Shown in pieces: positions 38,801-51,200 of a DNA stretch of 64,000 nucleotides. Origin of the DNA: Eutreptiella sp. 'Long Island Sound 2002' (Eukaryota; Protista; Euglenida); assembly GCA_964036045.1 (NCBI GenBank), contig OZ038378.1, positions 3,906,001 to 3,970,000 of the forward strand. Reading direction: 5' to 3'. A program made the translations under genes and the position numbers. Within the stretch, counting starts at the first letter, position 1. Every line of letters begins with the position of its first letter. The notes beneath the pieces are model-generated. The model did no database searches. It was not told the DNA's origin and was given only the letters and a program-made list of their open reading frames with translations.

Positions 38801-40663
38801 CAAAAAGTTTGACCTCAAAACATTTTAGACACCCCTGCTGCTGCGCTGCATCGCGGCTGATGAATGGCCCAGGCAACAGAGACCCTCGGCACCCCCCCCC
38901 CCCCCATGCTGCTCCGTACGACCGTGCGTCTGTGCCCACCACAGTGTCCTTAATGGGCATCCGCCATATCACGAAGCTGGGCCCGACGTTGCAACACTCG
39001 GACCTCCTCATGAACCACCGTTTCGCCTCTACTTCATCTCATATTCCACGTGCTCCTGCTTTCGGGGTCACATCAGGTGGAGACTCTCATCATCGGTGGC
39101 CTCGACGCCTGAATCCCAAAGGCCAGACAAGAACCGGATGTTGCTGATTACCGTATTTCACTTTGCCTGAATGCTGGGGTCCGCGTGACGTGTGGTTCCG
39201 TCTGAATAGTGATTTCGGGTCTGGTCAATGGAGTCCTGTTGAGGGGGGTTGTGTGGGCTCTGGCCCTCCGCCCTTCCGCCTTCTCTAATTGAAGTTTGGC
39301 GAACAGGCACATCCACCAGGTCAGCCCCGTTTTATCAGTGGTGTATTGGGCTGTCTCTTGTGCGTCCAGATTTGAGAAGGCAATTACATACGAGGGGGCC
39401 ACTCACTACACTGAGGAGGCTGTCATTGCGCCCACCACCGCTGGCAAAGTGAAAGAGGTCTGGGCCCATGCCGTTCCCCTCATTATTCCGTCATCTGCCC
39501 ATAGGTGTTGTAAGGAACAATGCTTCACCCATGGTGATTTGTCCTTTTCTGCTCCCAGCCAGGTGCCCCAAGTGTTCTCCATCAGGAGTGCACTGCGTTT
39601 CCTAACCTGCGAAGTCTACCCTGAACGCTAATCAAGACCTACAGACTAGGAACGAGCTGGGACCTAGTTTTGTTCCTTGCATCTGGACTCGCTGTGGAAG
39701 AAGAACGACCCTAATTGGAGACGCCTGCAAACACACTGGCCATCGTCCTGACTGTTTGGGACAATCGTCCTAAAAACAGGCTGGAAAACGGCTCGTTTTC
39801 ACCTCAAAATGGACCATGGCATGGCACCATGGCATAGAAGATGCCTCATTTAACAACCATTTGCAATCAGTTGCAACCCTAACCCAATCGCTATGGAAGA
39901 AGAACAGCCCCCATTGGAAAGGCCTACATGACACACTGGCGATCATCCCGATCTTTTAGGACGATCGTCCAGAAAACTAGCTGAAGATCGCCATTTTTGG
40001 ACATGAAACTGGCCACAAAATGGGCTCAACGGCTCGAAATGACGCAGATTTGTTTCAGGTGATGCATATTTGCTTTGCGGCCGTTTTGAGCCATTTGGAT
40101 GCTGGTTTTTGAGCCACAGTGTCCCGAAAAATACTTTTTAATTGCCTGCTGCTGCTGGTGCTGCTGCTAAAATATGTTGCTCACTCTGGACCCTCAAAAG
40201 GGTTGCAAAACCTCCACTGGGAGACCCAGCTCGGTGGCCCAACGTTTCGCTTGGCATCATCTTTTTGGCGGGGTTCAGATTTTTGCGCCCCGAAAAACTC
40301 CCAGCTTTTGGCCTAGAGTACAGGAAGTGGAAAATTGTCTCTTGCTGACCTGGCCGGTGGCATCCCTACTGGTGTTCAGGGTAGCCCAGAGCAGCATCAA
40401 AGTACAGTTACTCCACAAAAGGGATCAACCCCTTAACCTTTCATTTCGATTGGCTGATTTTTACGCTAAAGAGCATGTTACACTTTGCAGAAACAGCCCC
40501 CCCCCCCCCCTGGGCCCATCGAGTCTCCCCACCATCACCACCACGACGACTACCACGCACTCATGTGCTCCCCACAGGTCTGTGAGTCCATTGTGGATCA
40601 TATTGGAGCACTGGACCACCATTACGCCATTTCCCGAATGGTGTTATATTTCAAGGAGGACAA
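29854..40663 (+). CDS. Uncharacterised protein, N-terminal conserved region (7 exons)
   Basis: Phase-consistent GT-AG chain: 29854-29930, 30127-30298, 35330-35459, 36146-36316, 38340-38469, 39370-39457, 40578-40663. It gives MAGHPLDGDGIIFNLFQFL...FRIPDTIILHNFPTTWYYW...GLLQSFVLPGSEYNEVLQAVWSPKICHVNKRIN...RFEKAITYEGATHY...VCESIVDHI...ISRMVLYFKED. The start codon is tentative. Confidence 0.8.
34200..35150 (-). pseudogene. Decayed non-LTR retrotransposon reverse transcriptase relic
   Basis: Minus-strand fragments occur in RT order with plausible spacing: RKKGPCLPD (about 35030), KYRTCLGI (about 34900), AAVYIYQ (about 34640), LLLYGNDIIISG (about 34290). These resemble KAPGPD, NYRPISL, AVFID and YADD. 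Many stops and frameshifts. Confidence 0.4.
36763..37238. mobile_element. Putative TIR element with 8-9-bp TSD and internal GACGC-rich tandem units
   Basis: Direct repeat (C)GTCCACGC at 36754-36762 and 37238-37246. Short imperfect termini ending in ACTGTC / GACAGT. tgtcaaagagggaatttta.gacgcgtcggg occurs twice (about 36769 and 37066). Confidence 0.5.
39646..40316. mobile_element. Degenerate TIR element (hAT-like ends)
   Basis: Ends CTAGGAACGAGCTGGGA and (reverse complement) CTAGGCCAAAAGCTGGGA; flanks cctacaga / agtacagg share only 5/8. Confidence 0.35.
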
Positions 40664-41414
40664 GTATGTCACATATGGGTATCACATTACACGGGTCTCA
40701 ATAAATGACGGGTTGGTAAAGGATTGGTGTGGGTTCTAATGTTTTTTTTGGTGTGTTCAGCTCCCTCTGCCCGTTTTCTACCGTTCTGCCGCCTGCCTTC
40801 AAAGTACATGTTTTTGCCCCGTGAAGGGTGGTGTGGGAAGGTTGTGGAGCCACAATCCACACTCATTTGGAGTGTGCCTAACAGGGTTGGATCCATGTAA
40901 GGGTACTCACTTGCAGGAGTTGCATGAGTGCAAGCACATACCTAACAATTTCTGATTTTCAGGCAAGTATAGTAATCTCCACATCATCCATGGGAACACA
41001 TAGCTGCACATGTATGGGATACACATGCATCTGGTGAGAGTGATGATGCTGACATTGTGGTGATAATGGTGGGGCAGCAGATCTACAAGGAGGTGCGCTA
41101 CAAGGGTTTGCACCCCCCCCCCCCCCCCGGTGTATGCCATTTTAAGCCTGGTTTTGTTTGTCTGTGGCCGTTTACATGTCTGAGTCTACCTCTTTAGGAA
41201 TCAAAGTTGTAAGATCAGGCGCAGGCGCATGCGTCATATACCCCCCCCCTTTTTGGGGGGTCATTCGCATATCACACCCCAATGTATGATATCGAATGTC
41301 TAAGCCCTTGTAAATCATCATTTTTTTTTTGGGACACAAAATTATCCCCCAATGGATTTTTCCTATTTTGATCCCCTGACCCCCTTTACCTGGGTACCAC
41401 TTGTGGGGGGGGGC

Positions 41415-43770
41415 GTCAAAACTTGGTTGGCCTATAGCCGCCATTGTGAATCAATTCGGACTCAGGTCCCATTCCATCTGTATGCACCCCCTAACCAATA
41501 ACGGGTGCTATCTCCAACATTGGCCCCTCTATGACGCCCCACAGTCGAGGAATTAATTGCTTTGGGCCGATATGGGTTGGCTGAAAAATCGTGATTTTTG
41601 GGATGACCTTTGACAACCCATGGAGACCCTTGGGCTGTTGTTGGGTCATCGTTTGGTGAGGATGGGAGTGCGTATTAACCTGTGGGGAGCCATGTAGTAC
41701 CAATTGGGCCCTCCTACTAGTGCTTATTGGGCCCCCAAAAGCGCCAATTTGTGCTTCATTGCACTACAGGAGGCAAAACTTGGTTGGCCTAGAAGCCGCC
41801 ACTGTGGGTCGATCCGAACCCAGGTCCCATTCCACTTTTTTCTTCTAAATGGACCCCCTAACCAACGACGGGGGTCGCGGGTGCTGTCTTCAGGTTGCCA
41901 AGATCAGCCCCACTATGGGGCCCCAGCGGTAAGGAATTAGCCGTTTTCAAGCCTTTCTGAGCTGGATGAAAAATTGCCATTTTACGGTGACTTGCGGCAA
42001 CCCTTGGGGACCCTTGGGACGTTGCTGGCAGATCGTTTGGTGACAATGGGAGTATGTGTAAACTCATGCAGCACAAACTAGGCCCTCTTAGTAGTGCTTT
42101 TTGGCCCCCAAAGCCCCATTTTGGGCTTGTTTGCACCGTGGTTTTCGAGAACTTGGTTGGCGTATCATGTCTCCCTTGTTGTCGCTTGTCTGCCTTTGAG
42201 GTGCCTTGCCGAAGGCAATGGAATCATCTCGCAGAGGTTGCTAGATCAAAACCACGCAGGCCGGGATATATGGGAGAACGCCACATAACCCCCCCCCCCC
42301 TCCCTTTCGGGTGTGTTCGTGTACCCTCCCCCAATGGGGTGAATCGTTGGTTTAACCCCCTTGTCATTATTTTGTCCATTAAACGCATCCCTGAATGTGT
42401 TTTTTTGTTTTGACCCCCCCAGACCCCCCGCCACTTGAAACCCACTTTTTTTGGGTGGGAATGGGGCAAAAAAATTATCCCCCATTTCTTTGGGTCGGGA
42501 ATCATGAACATTTTGGTTTTATTCGATTTTGAGCCGCAAAAGTGTTTTCAGGTTGCAACTCCATAGGGTTTGTGTGGCACTCCACATTTTAAGGCATTTT
42601 TTAGCCATTTTTGCCGTGTCGGTGTTTTTGGCCACCTTAGTGACTCCGAGGTACCCAGTCTAAGGGGTGCAACTAGGGATGTTGTGGGAGTACATACATA
42701 CTAGGATGCAAAAGGGCGCTTTTTGCACCTCCTATCCTAGCCCAGGGCCGGTCATGGCCTGTGTGAAAGACAATAAATGATCGTTTCCACTAAAAATGGC
42801 TTACATGTGTTGGCTGAAAAATGCATCTTCTCCGGCGACCCTTGACGGTCCTTAGGGACACTTCGGCTGTGTTGTGTGATTATTTCGTGACAACAAGAGT
42901 GCATATGAACACATGCTGAACCATGGGCTTATTGGCCCCCAAAAGCATTGTTTTGGGCTTCGTTGCATTACAATGGGCAAAAGTTGGTTGGCCTATGGCC
43001 GCCATTGTGTGTTGATTTGGATTCTGATCATTCCACCTTTTTCTTCTTTATGGCCCCCCTAACCAATGACGGGGTCGTAAGTGCTATCTCTCCGTTTCCT
43101 AGACCAGCCCCCCTATGGGACCCCACCGCCGTTTTCAGGCTGGTATGGGTTGGCTGAAAATTGCAACCATGTAGCACCAAGTAGGCATTCCACTGTTTTC
43201 TTTTCTTTTCCTTTCTTGTGCATGGACTCCCTAACCAATGACAGGGGTTTTGGGTGCTATCTCCAAGTTCCCCAGATCAGGCCCCCTTATGGGGCCCCAA
43301 CGGTGAGGACTTGGCCATTTTCAGGCCGGCATGGGTTGGCTGAAAAATTGTGGTTCCTGGGTGACCTATTCTTGGGCTGGGTGACCTATTCTTGATGATT
43401 GCAAAATCAGCCACTTTCTTGCTTTGGTATATTCTCTGCGAGGTGGGCTTGCTAAAGGCAATAGAATTTCCAAGATCGGCCTCGCTATGGGGCCCACCGG
43501 TGACTTGGCTGTTTTCAGGCAGCGCGGGTTGGGCAACAGAATTTTCAAGATCGGCCCCACTATGGGGCCCGCTGGTGAGTTGGCTGTTTTCAGGGCGGCC
43601 TGGATTGGCTGAAAAATCACGTTTCCTGGCCGACCTCCGACAACGCCCATGGACCCTTGGGCCATGGTTGGGTGATCATTTGGCAATGTGACAGTGGGAG
43701 TAAATATAAACCTATGGGGAGCCATGATGCTGACGGATCTGATGGGTGATTGCAAAATTAGCCACTTTGG
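41415..43770 (+). repeat. Degenerate satellite-like array of a 300-400-bp unit with interleaved repeats
   Basis: aa(c/g)ttggttggccta...gccgcca(c/t)tgtg...gga(c/t)...cattcca recurs at about 41420, 41777 and 42982. A ctatgggg.ccc...tggctgaaaaat subunit recurs through 43.7 kb. Confidence 0.75.
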
Positions 43771-44089
43771 GGTCCATTGCTCAGGGCAGATTCTGTGTGA
43801 GGTGGAATTGCCAAAGGTAATAGAATTTTTTGGAATTCTATGCCTTTTCTCCTAGTGTTGCGCCTCGCAGATCCGCTATCTGCTTGCCTTGAGAAATTGT
43901 CTAAGTGCGACAAATGTAAGTATCAGATTGTACAGATTGATGCACACACAAGTGACACAGTGGTTTCATAATCCGTAACCCGTTCTTGAAGGCTGACGGT
44001 GTGATGTATGCTCTGGCACAAGTGGTGGAACAAAATGCTTGATTTTCTGTTGTGTTTCCTGGGCCTCATATGTGCTGCATCTCCTCTAG

Positions 44090-45166
44090 AAGGCTTAGCT
44101 GCCAAATGATACTGTTTGGGGTGGTGTCACAAGACTGCTCTGTTTGGGAGGCTTACACCGAAAGGTGTGCGTCTTGCGGGGACCCTTATTCCAGGTAACA
44201 CCCTTTGGACAGGCCATGGCTGTCTGCTGGGCAGTTGGGATGACAAGTAGCTATGGCTTGAACAACAGACCATTCGGACACCTCCCACGCCGTGAGTGGC
44301 AACAGGGGTAGAGGAATCCCCCATCCTGCCATGTTCCGCCGCGCAGAAACCATCCGAACATCCTCTGGCTGCTGTATTCAAGTTCGTTCCGCATTGTGGA
44401 GGTCCGATACCGTGAGGCGAAGCCCTTGCTGACATTCGCCCCCAAGTTTGAGCTCACATCTTTGCAGGTCTGCACCAAAGCTGCACCAAATGCAGGCTTT
44501 CTACATTCGCCATGAGACCGTCAAATCTTTGCAGTACAGCGTCAATTCTGGAATGTTTCAAGTGTCCAGCAGCAGGACCAGAGTTTCTGAAAACAGCCTC
44601 TGTTGTGTGTTTTGGTCAAGGAATGTCCCAGTTTCATATGGTTCTTCTGGCTGTTTGCCGTGGTGCAGGAGTCTGTGGGTTGTCCGTCCGCACCGTGGGG
44701 AATATTTGCCATTTCTTGCAAGAAGCTCCCCCAAACACACACCTGGGCCCCACTACAAGGCTCTTTTGAAACGAATACCTGAAGCACATAAATACTTGGG
44801 CCCCATTGCAGGGCCTTGGTGGAGTTGCAGGGCCTTGGTGGAGCACAATTGTCTTGGTGTGTTTTCTGTAGGCAGGCAATCCATAACTGGAGATTCAGGT
44901 TGCTGGCTGGTTCCCACCCTGCAGACCCTGTCCTTTTGGTGCCCCTGAAGAGGCAGTTCTCTGAAGAGAGCACTCAGGTGGGGGGTTTTCTTGCCAGTGG
45001 AATGGTGTCTGTATTTAATTCACAAAAGCCCTGCAGTGCGGCCTGAAGAAGGAGAGTCAGGAAGGGCAGAAACCCTGCCGGACATGTGGTGGGTGTGTTC
45101 AGGGGCAGTGGTGTGAAGAAGGTTTCGGCAAGAGGCTGGTGATCGCGGATAGCTGACTGGCGCCTC

Positions 45167-45237
<71 letters not shown>

Positions 45238-48200
45238 CGCCCTGCAGGAGTGCAGCAAAAAACAAAAAAAAGAGAAACACAGCCGCTTGTATTGGGGTCC
45301 TTACACACCTGCATGGGGGATTGATGTCGACCCCCTGCAACTGGGGAGCAGAATGGTATTGAACATCCGCATAGGATGAAGGGGCAGTACGGAGAGTTGC
45401 ACGGGGGTAGTCAGTCACTGGCTTGTGCCCCCTTTGCGTGCAGAGCCACCACAGCCTGGTAGCACACCAATGTGCCAGTGGATTTAGACACCCACTGCTG
45501 CTGTAAGCAGCCAGAACAATGGCAGTGTGAGGCCACAAAGGCAGAGCATGGCTTTCGGAAAACAGCGGAGCTTCCGGGAGACTCTGGAACCACTGAAGGC
45601 AACGTCGAGATCGATCCCTCTGCTTGTAATGACAATAACAGCTCCCTCGCTAGTCAAACTGCCTACCCGGCGTGTCCTTCGACATTGGAAGAACTCGCAT
45701 GGCAATGGCGAACTCGATGCGCACATCTGCGGTTGACGGAACGTCATCTGAAGTGGCCGCTGCCAGTGGTTGTGACTGTGTGATCGTCTGCCTGTTTGTC
45801 ACGTTCATGTCGCCCATGCTACAGGATACGCACAACCTGGAACTGGAGCTGCCTGAAGAGGAGGAGTCCCGTGTCCCAAGCCCATCCTTTCGGCACACGA
45901 CTGCAGCTGTGGACCAACTCATGCTGGGCATGCCTCTGAACCAGAAGGAGACCGTGGGATCCATGGTATGCACGTGTGAAGGCATTTGCACGGGTGCTGC
46001 ACTGTTACCGGTGATGGTTGCACAGGCACTGGAATAATGAATAATGGAATAATGTCAGCCACGAGCACCATTGTGAATGCCAATACTAGGGCGGCTGCCA
46101 GTGTCAGCGTTGTACTTACAAATCAGTATGGTTAATAGGTTTTACGGTATGATCGGTTGCTTAACAACAGTCTCATCACGTAAATCGGGCAACTGGGTGA
46201 TGGGCTAGCAGGTTTCAGCCCTGAACGCGTCCTCATGCCTGTGGCGCACTGTGCGTTGGCACATTGACATTTTCGTTCTCCTTTTGTAGATCCTGGACGT
46301 GCTCGAGGAAGGCCCGGTCTTTGACCACAGAATCTACAGCCTCGTAGATCATATGCTCTTGACTCAACAGTCGGACGAGTTGGATGGCACCATCCGAGAG
46401 AAACGCAAAAAGGAGAGGTCCTTTTCCCTGCGTGTGCACAGTTTGTTGCTGATGCGCCAGTACACAGCCCCATGCGCAGCCCCTTGCTGCTGCCGCCAGT
46501 ACCATCACCCCAAGCCTCACTATTGATGCACGTTGGGCTGCAAGTGTCCTGCGTTACAGCAGGGTTCCACAATGATTCGTGTATTAATAATTTCAAATGG
46601 GGACGGACAACAGCAAAAAAAATGACATAATTGCTTTTTCCTAATAATGACGAATAGCAACATGAGAAACCGAATAGTAAGTGTAGTTTGGCTTTATGCC
46701 GACGTTGCATAGTGGCGATTTTTGTGGCTTTTTGTATTTTGGTTTAGAAAATGCAGGAACATATTTTCGGGGCATGTGATGTACTTTTGGCTCCGCGTCA
46801 AAAAAGCTTTCCAATGGGCCATTTTGTTGCAACCAGAAGGTTTGTGGTCTCTTGGTCATCTAAGGCAAGATGTGGAAGTCCACATCACACAGCCATTCGT
46901 GTTGGATACAGCGCAGCATGTTGCAGTGCGTGGAACATGCTGACGGCCGCTGAGGTGGCCTGGTGGACGACTGTTTCCGTTGTTGGATATCATAGATAGT
47001 GGGATCAAGGCCCCTCACCTGCAGTACCACAGTCACGTTGTGAGAGTGTCCTCTTGTGTGTCAACCATGATTTAAGAACACACTTGGAGACACGGTGCAC
47101 CGAGCAATGGGCCATAGAAAAGGGAGGAGGCAACCGTGTGCCTCATGTACTCCTTATTTCTTCAATGCCTCTCGTTTCATCCCTTTCATATTGTCCACCT
47201 CCGCAGCCAGATTCCCCTGTGCCACTTCTGTCACACGGTCCGGCCTACCTCCGGATGCTATCCACAACCGAGCCGATCGTACCCTCACCCCCAACTGCTT
47301 CTTCAGCCTCACAAGACAGCGTCACGCACCTCCTGTTAGGCTGCCCAGCACTGCGTCATCACGAGCGGTGCATTATTTGACTGGGCATGTCGGCCGTTCC
47401 ATGGACATCTGGGAGAACGAGCTGCAGGTGCTGGAGGCTGGAAGGCGGTCAGCACGGCGGCCGTTGCGGTCCACGTCGGCGGCCCCCCTTCGTGTCCCAC
47501 TGCAGACGAATACGGGCATCCACCGGCTGCCCCAGGACCGCCCGAAGGTCCTGAATTCCCACCTGGCGACGGAAGTGGGGTGGGGCAAGAGAAACTGGAA
47601 GGAGGCAGAGACTCTGTTGGCGACCCGCTCTGGGCGGAGGTATGGTGAGGCCTGTGTCCTGCTGCAGTCTTCTCTGCCTGCCATTGTTTTCATGGTGCTG
47701 CTTCCGCAGAAGTGCACATGAGCAACACAGAAGAGCACAGGGACAGAGGGAATCAGGGGTTTCCACAAGGGACAAGATCACCCCTCCTCTGTTTTTTTCT
47801 TGGCCGAGGAAAGTCTTCACACAGTTTGGCGGCTCGCGGCCAACTGCCGGTGGTGACCTCATGTTCGTTTCTAGTCCTGCAGCAACAGTTGGAGTACAAA
47901 TTGTCAAGGGTCAAAGGATTCCTTTTGTGAGACCCCAAGTCCTGGAGGGGGAGACAGGTACCCCGCTTCTGCGCCGTTCAAGCATCCGCCCGAGCTCAGC
48001 CCCGGCTCGATGTGGCGGTGCCGTAGTCTCTCCTCTGTAGAGAGCGATGGTATCAACATATCAACGTGCACGGATATTTTTTGTTCCGGTGTATATATTT
48101 CCTGGACAGTGTACACTGAAGCTAATTATTACCCTTACCCTGCGGCGCCTGCAGCGCGCCCGCAGCACGCCATAAGCGCTCCCATGGGCCTCCATGGATC

Positions 48201-51200
48201 TACCACAATTCGGGGACAGTTTCTTGTCCCATTACGGGGCACAGCTGCCAGTGCAAAAAAGGACCTGTGGCAAGTGTTGTGATTGTAGGAGTGTCTGATG
48301 GCGTCTCCATTCTGCAGGGAAGCCAAGAAGCTTCGTCACCAGCTGCACCTCAGTCGGCAGGAGGGGGATGCGCTGGTGTTGCAGGCCGACAATCTGCACA
48401 GGTCCATGGTGAGCAGTAAGAGCAGCGCCGACAGTATTTTCGCGTCCCAACTGCTGACGCCTCAGCAGGTGGCATTTGTGGTGGTCTGTCGTCCTGTTTG
48501 CTGTTTGCTCATCTGCTCAGTGTGTGCTGGCCCCTGGATTTCAGATGTAGCACGCGCAACGCTGTGTTGACGTCTTTCCCGAGCTTCGGCCTCTGGGTGC
48601 AGCCTCGAGGCTGGAAACCGGTCCTCTGTGACCCTCACCTGTGCATTTTCAAGTCCGAGTACATACCTCACGTGCTTCCGTTTCCTCTCGACTGGTCTGC
48701 ACTCTCTGTCATAGTGGGGCTTGAGGGGACGTCAAGGGGACGGGGGGAGGATGTTCCATGAAGGCTGGTAGGTTACTGAAGGGGGGCGTGCCATCAAGGC
48801 TGAAGGAGTGTGCCGGTTGGTACTTCCGGGTGTACACACGTGTTCGCCTTTTGAGGAGGGACTCCTCCCCTCGTGGATCGGTGGGTTGGCTGCGCACCCG
48901 TTGGGTTGGGGGTGAAGAGAGCGGGTTCCAAACACCTGCGAGGGGTGGGCAGCCTGCTTGGCCACCCCTGACCGAGTGTGGCGGTGCACTACATGAGTTC
49001 GCTGCCCACTGCCCCCAGGCAGTGTGGCGGTGCATTACAAGAGGTGTATTGCAGGATTTCCACTACCCACTGCCCACAGGCACTGTGGCGGTGCATACAG
49101 CAATTCCACTGCGCACTGCCTGGAGGCAGTGGGCAGGGAACTCATGTAGTGCACCGCCACATAGCCCGGGGGCAGCGGGCAGGGAGCTCCTGCAAGGCAC
49201 TGCCACACTGCCCGGGGGCAGTGTGGCAGTGGAACTCCTACAATGCGCTGTGGGGAAAGGTACTTTGACTGTGTGAGAGTGGGACGCTTGTCCTGCGACT
49301 CACAAATCCTGCTTCTGCCCCTAAGCGTCCCCCTCCTGCCGGCGCCGGCAAAGTCCACACGAAGCCGTTCCCAGAGCACGGAGTTTTGCCTCCAGCAAAA
49401 AACGAAACAAATGACCCGCTGCACATGTTTTCGCCGGCGATTCGCCCTTTCTGGTCCAACCCCCCCCCCCCAGGCCTGAATAAGATTCTTTTTTTTGGCA
49501 ATGGTGTCCCCCCATCCCCCCCCCCCTGGACCCCCAGCCCCCCAGACCAAAGTGACGATGGTGGGAAAAAAGAAAATTACACCAGGGAAAATCTGGTCTT
49601 TTGGGTCCCAACTCCCGGCCCCCCAACACCCCCCCCCTTCTACCTCAGGCCTCCCCCCCCCCCCCCCAGACACTTGGTGATCCGGAGCCCCTGGCCCTGT
49701 GTTACATTTCCGTCCGCCATATCGATGGTCCGCCTGTCCATCTGTCAAACCCCTCGCAAACGCGAAAACTTGGTTGCATCGAGGGTCATGCACACCGGAC
49801 GCCCTCTGGTGCTTTCCTTGCTCATTTCTTGGGGTTGGTTGATGGGGGTTATCCTGCCGGCAGCCCGACGTGCCTGTGCCTCGTCCCACAGCAGCGCAAC
49901 CGCCAGCTTCGGGACCACGTCGAGCGCCTGCAGCAGAGCTGCAGCAGCTTGGCATCGGCGGGCTCCGAATCGCCCGACCTCTCTCTCAAGCCCCGGCATT
50001 TCTGGGAGGGCCTGGAGCCCCGAGACCCTGCAAGCTTCCCGGCCGCCAGGCTCAAGTCCCCGCCCCTGTCCAAGGCCAAGGGCCGTCGGGGGACACATGG
50101 CCGGAAGGCAGAGAAGGGGGAAGCGGAGGCCAAGGTGTGTGCCCGTCTCTGATGCCCGGTGACCAGGGCTGTGCTTAAGAAGTCAGATGTTTGTTTTTTT
50201 TGCTAAGGACAGCCCTTAAGGACAGCCCCCAGGGACCACCAACCGCCAAACGGCAACCGCTGCCAACCGCCAAACGCCACCAACCGCCAACCACCAACCG
50301 CCCGCCAATTGCCACCAACCACCAACCGTCAAACGCCAACCTCCACCAACCGCCAACCACCAACCGCCAACCACCAACCGCCCGCCAACTGCCACCAACC
50401 GCCAACTGCCAACCGCCAACCCCCACCAACCGCCAACCACCAACCGCCCGCCAATTGCCACCAACCGCCAACCGCCAACCGCCAACCGCCACCAACCACC
50501 AACCGCAGACCTTTGACTTAGAAAAGGTCCCATGACCAAAAAGCGGACCCTCCCTGTGAACGTTCGTGTCTGTTGGCGTTACGGTCCTTTTTTGTTTCCC
50601 CTTAAGGACAGCCCTGCCGGTGACTGTCTGTGGGTCCTGCTTCTGTGTGCCCTCTCCGCCCCTGTCGGTGCCTCTGAGACCGCAGGTCAAATCAGAGTCT
50701 ACGCAGAGCCCCCGGGCGCATTGTGTCGGCATTGAACCCGAAATGAAATGGGACGGTGGTTCGTCATCTGCCGTGGCGCACTGAAGGCTTCGCCGCCCCC
50801 CGAAGGGCGTGCCACACGCCCCGATATAGTATCGAACAGAGGTTGACGAAAGCAGGCAGGCGTCCCTATATTGCACACATGATGCAGCCATGATGTGTGC
50901 GAAAGGGGCTGTATTTGATAGGCAACCTTAAAGACACTCACGCCTTGAAGATCGCCCTGCCCTAGCCCATTGAGGAAGATGCCATGACCCACCACACCGT
51001 GAATTATCACTGCAACCCAATCCAAAAGGGCTTCCATACTTGTCTAAAACATTAGATGGATGGATCCGTACCATGGGCGGTGGGCAGCCGCACCTGAGCA
51101 TGGCTTACCACAATTCGCCCGTTCAAAAGAGCAAGCCTCGTAGACAGCCAGGCAGCCAGGCCGGCATACGAACAGACGGGCAGAGAGACAAGAGGGCAAC

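Noticed and set aside
49035-50162. 306-aa and 258-aa ORFs
   Set aside because: They are GC-rich repeat sequence plus the antisense or off-frame reading of exon 49892-50134.
50175-50891. 238-aa Gly/Trp/Arg-rich ORF and overlapping Pro/Thr-rich ORFs
   Set aside because: These are translations of the microsatellite core of the hAT MITE.
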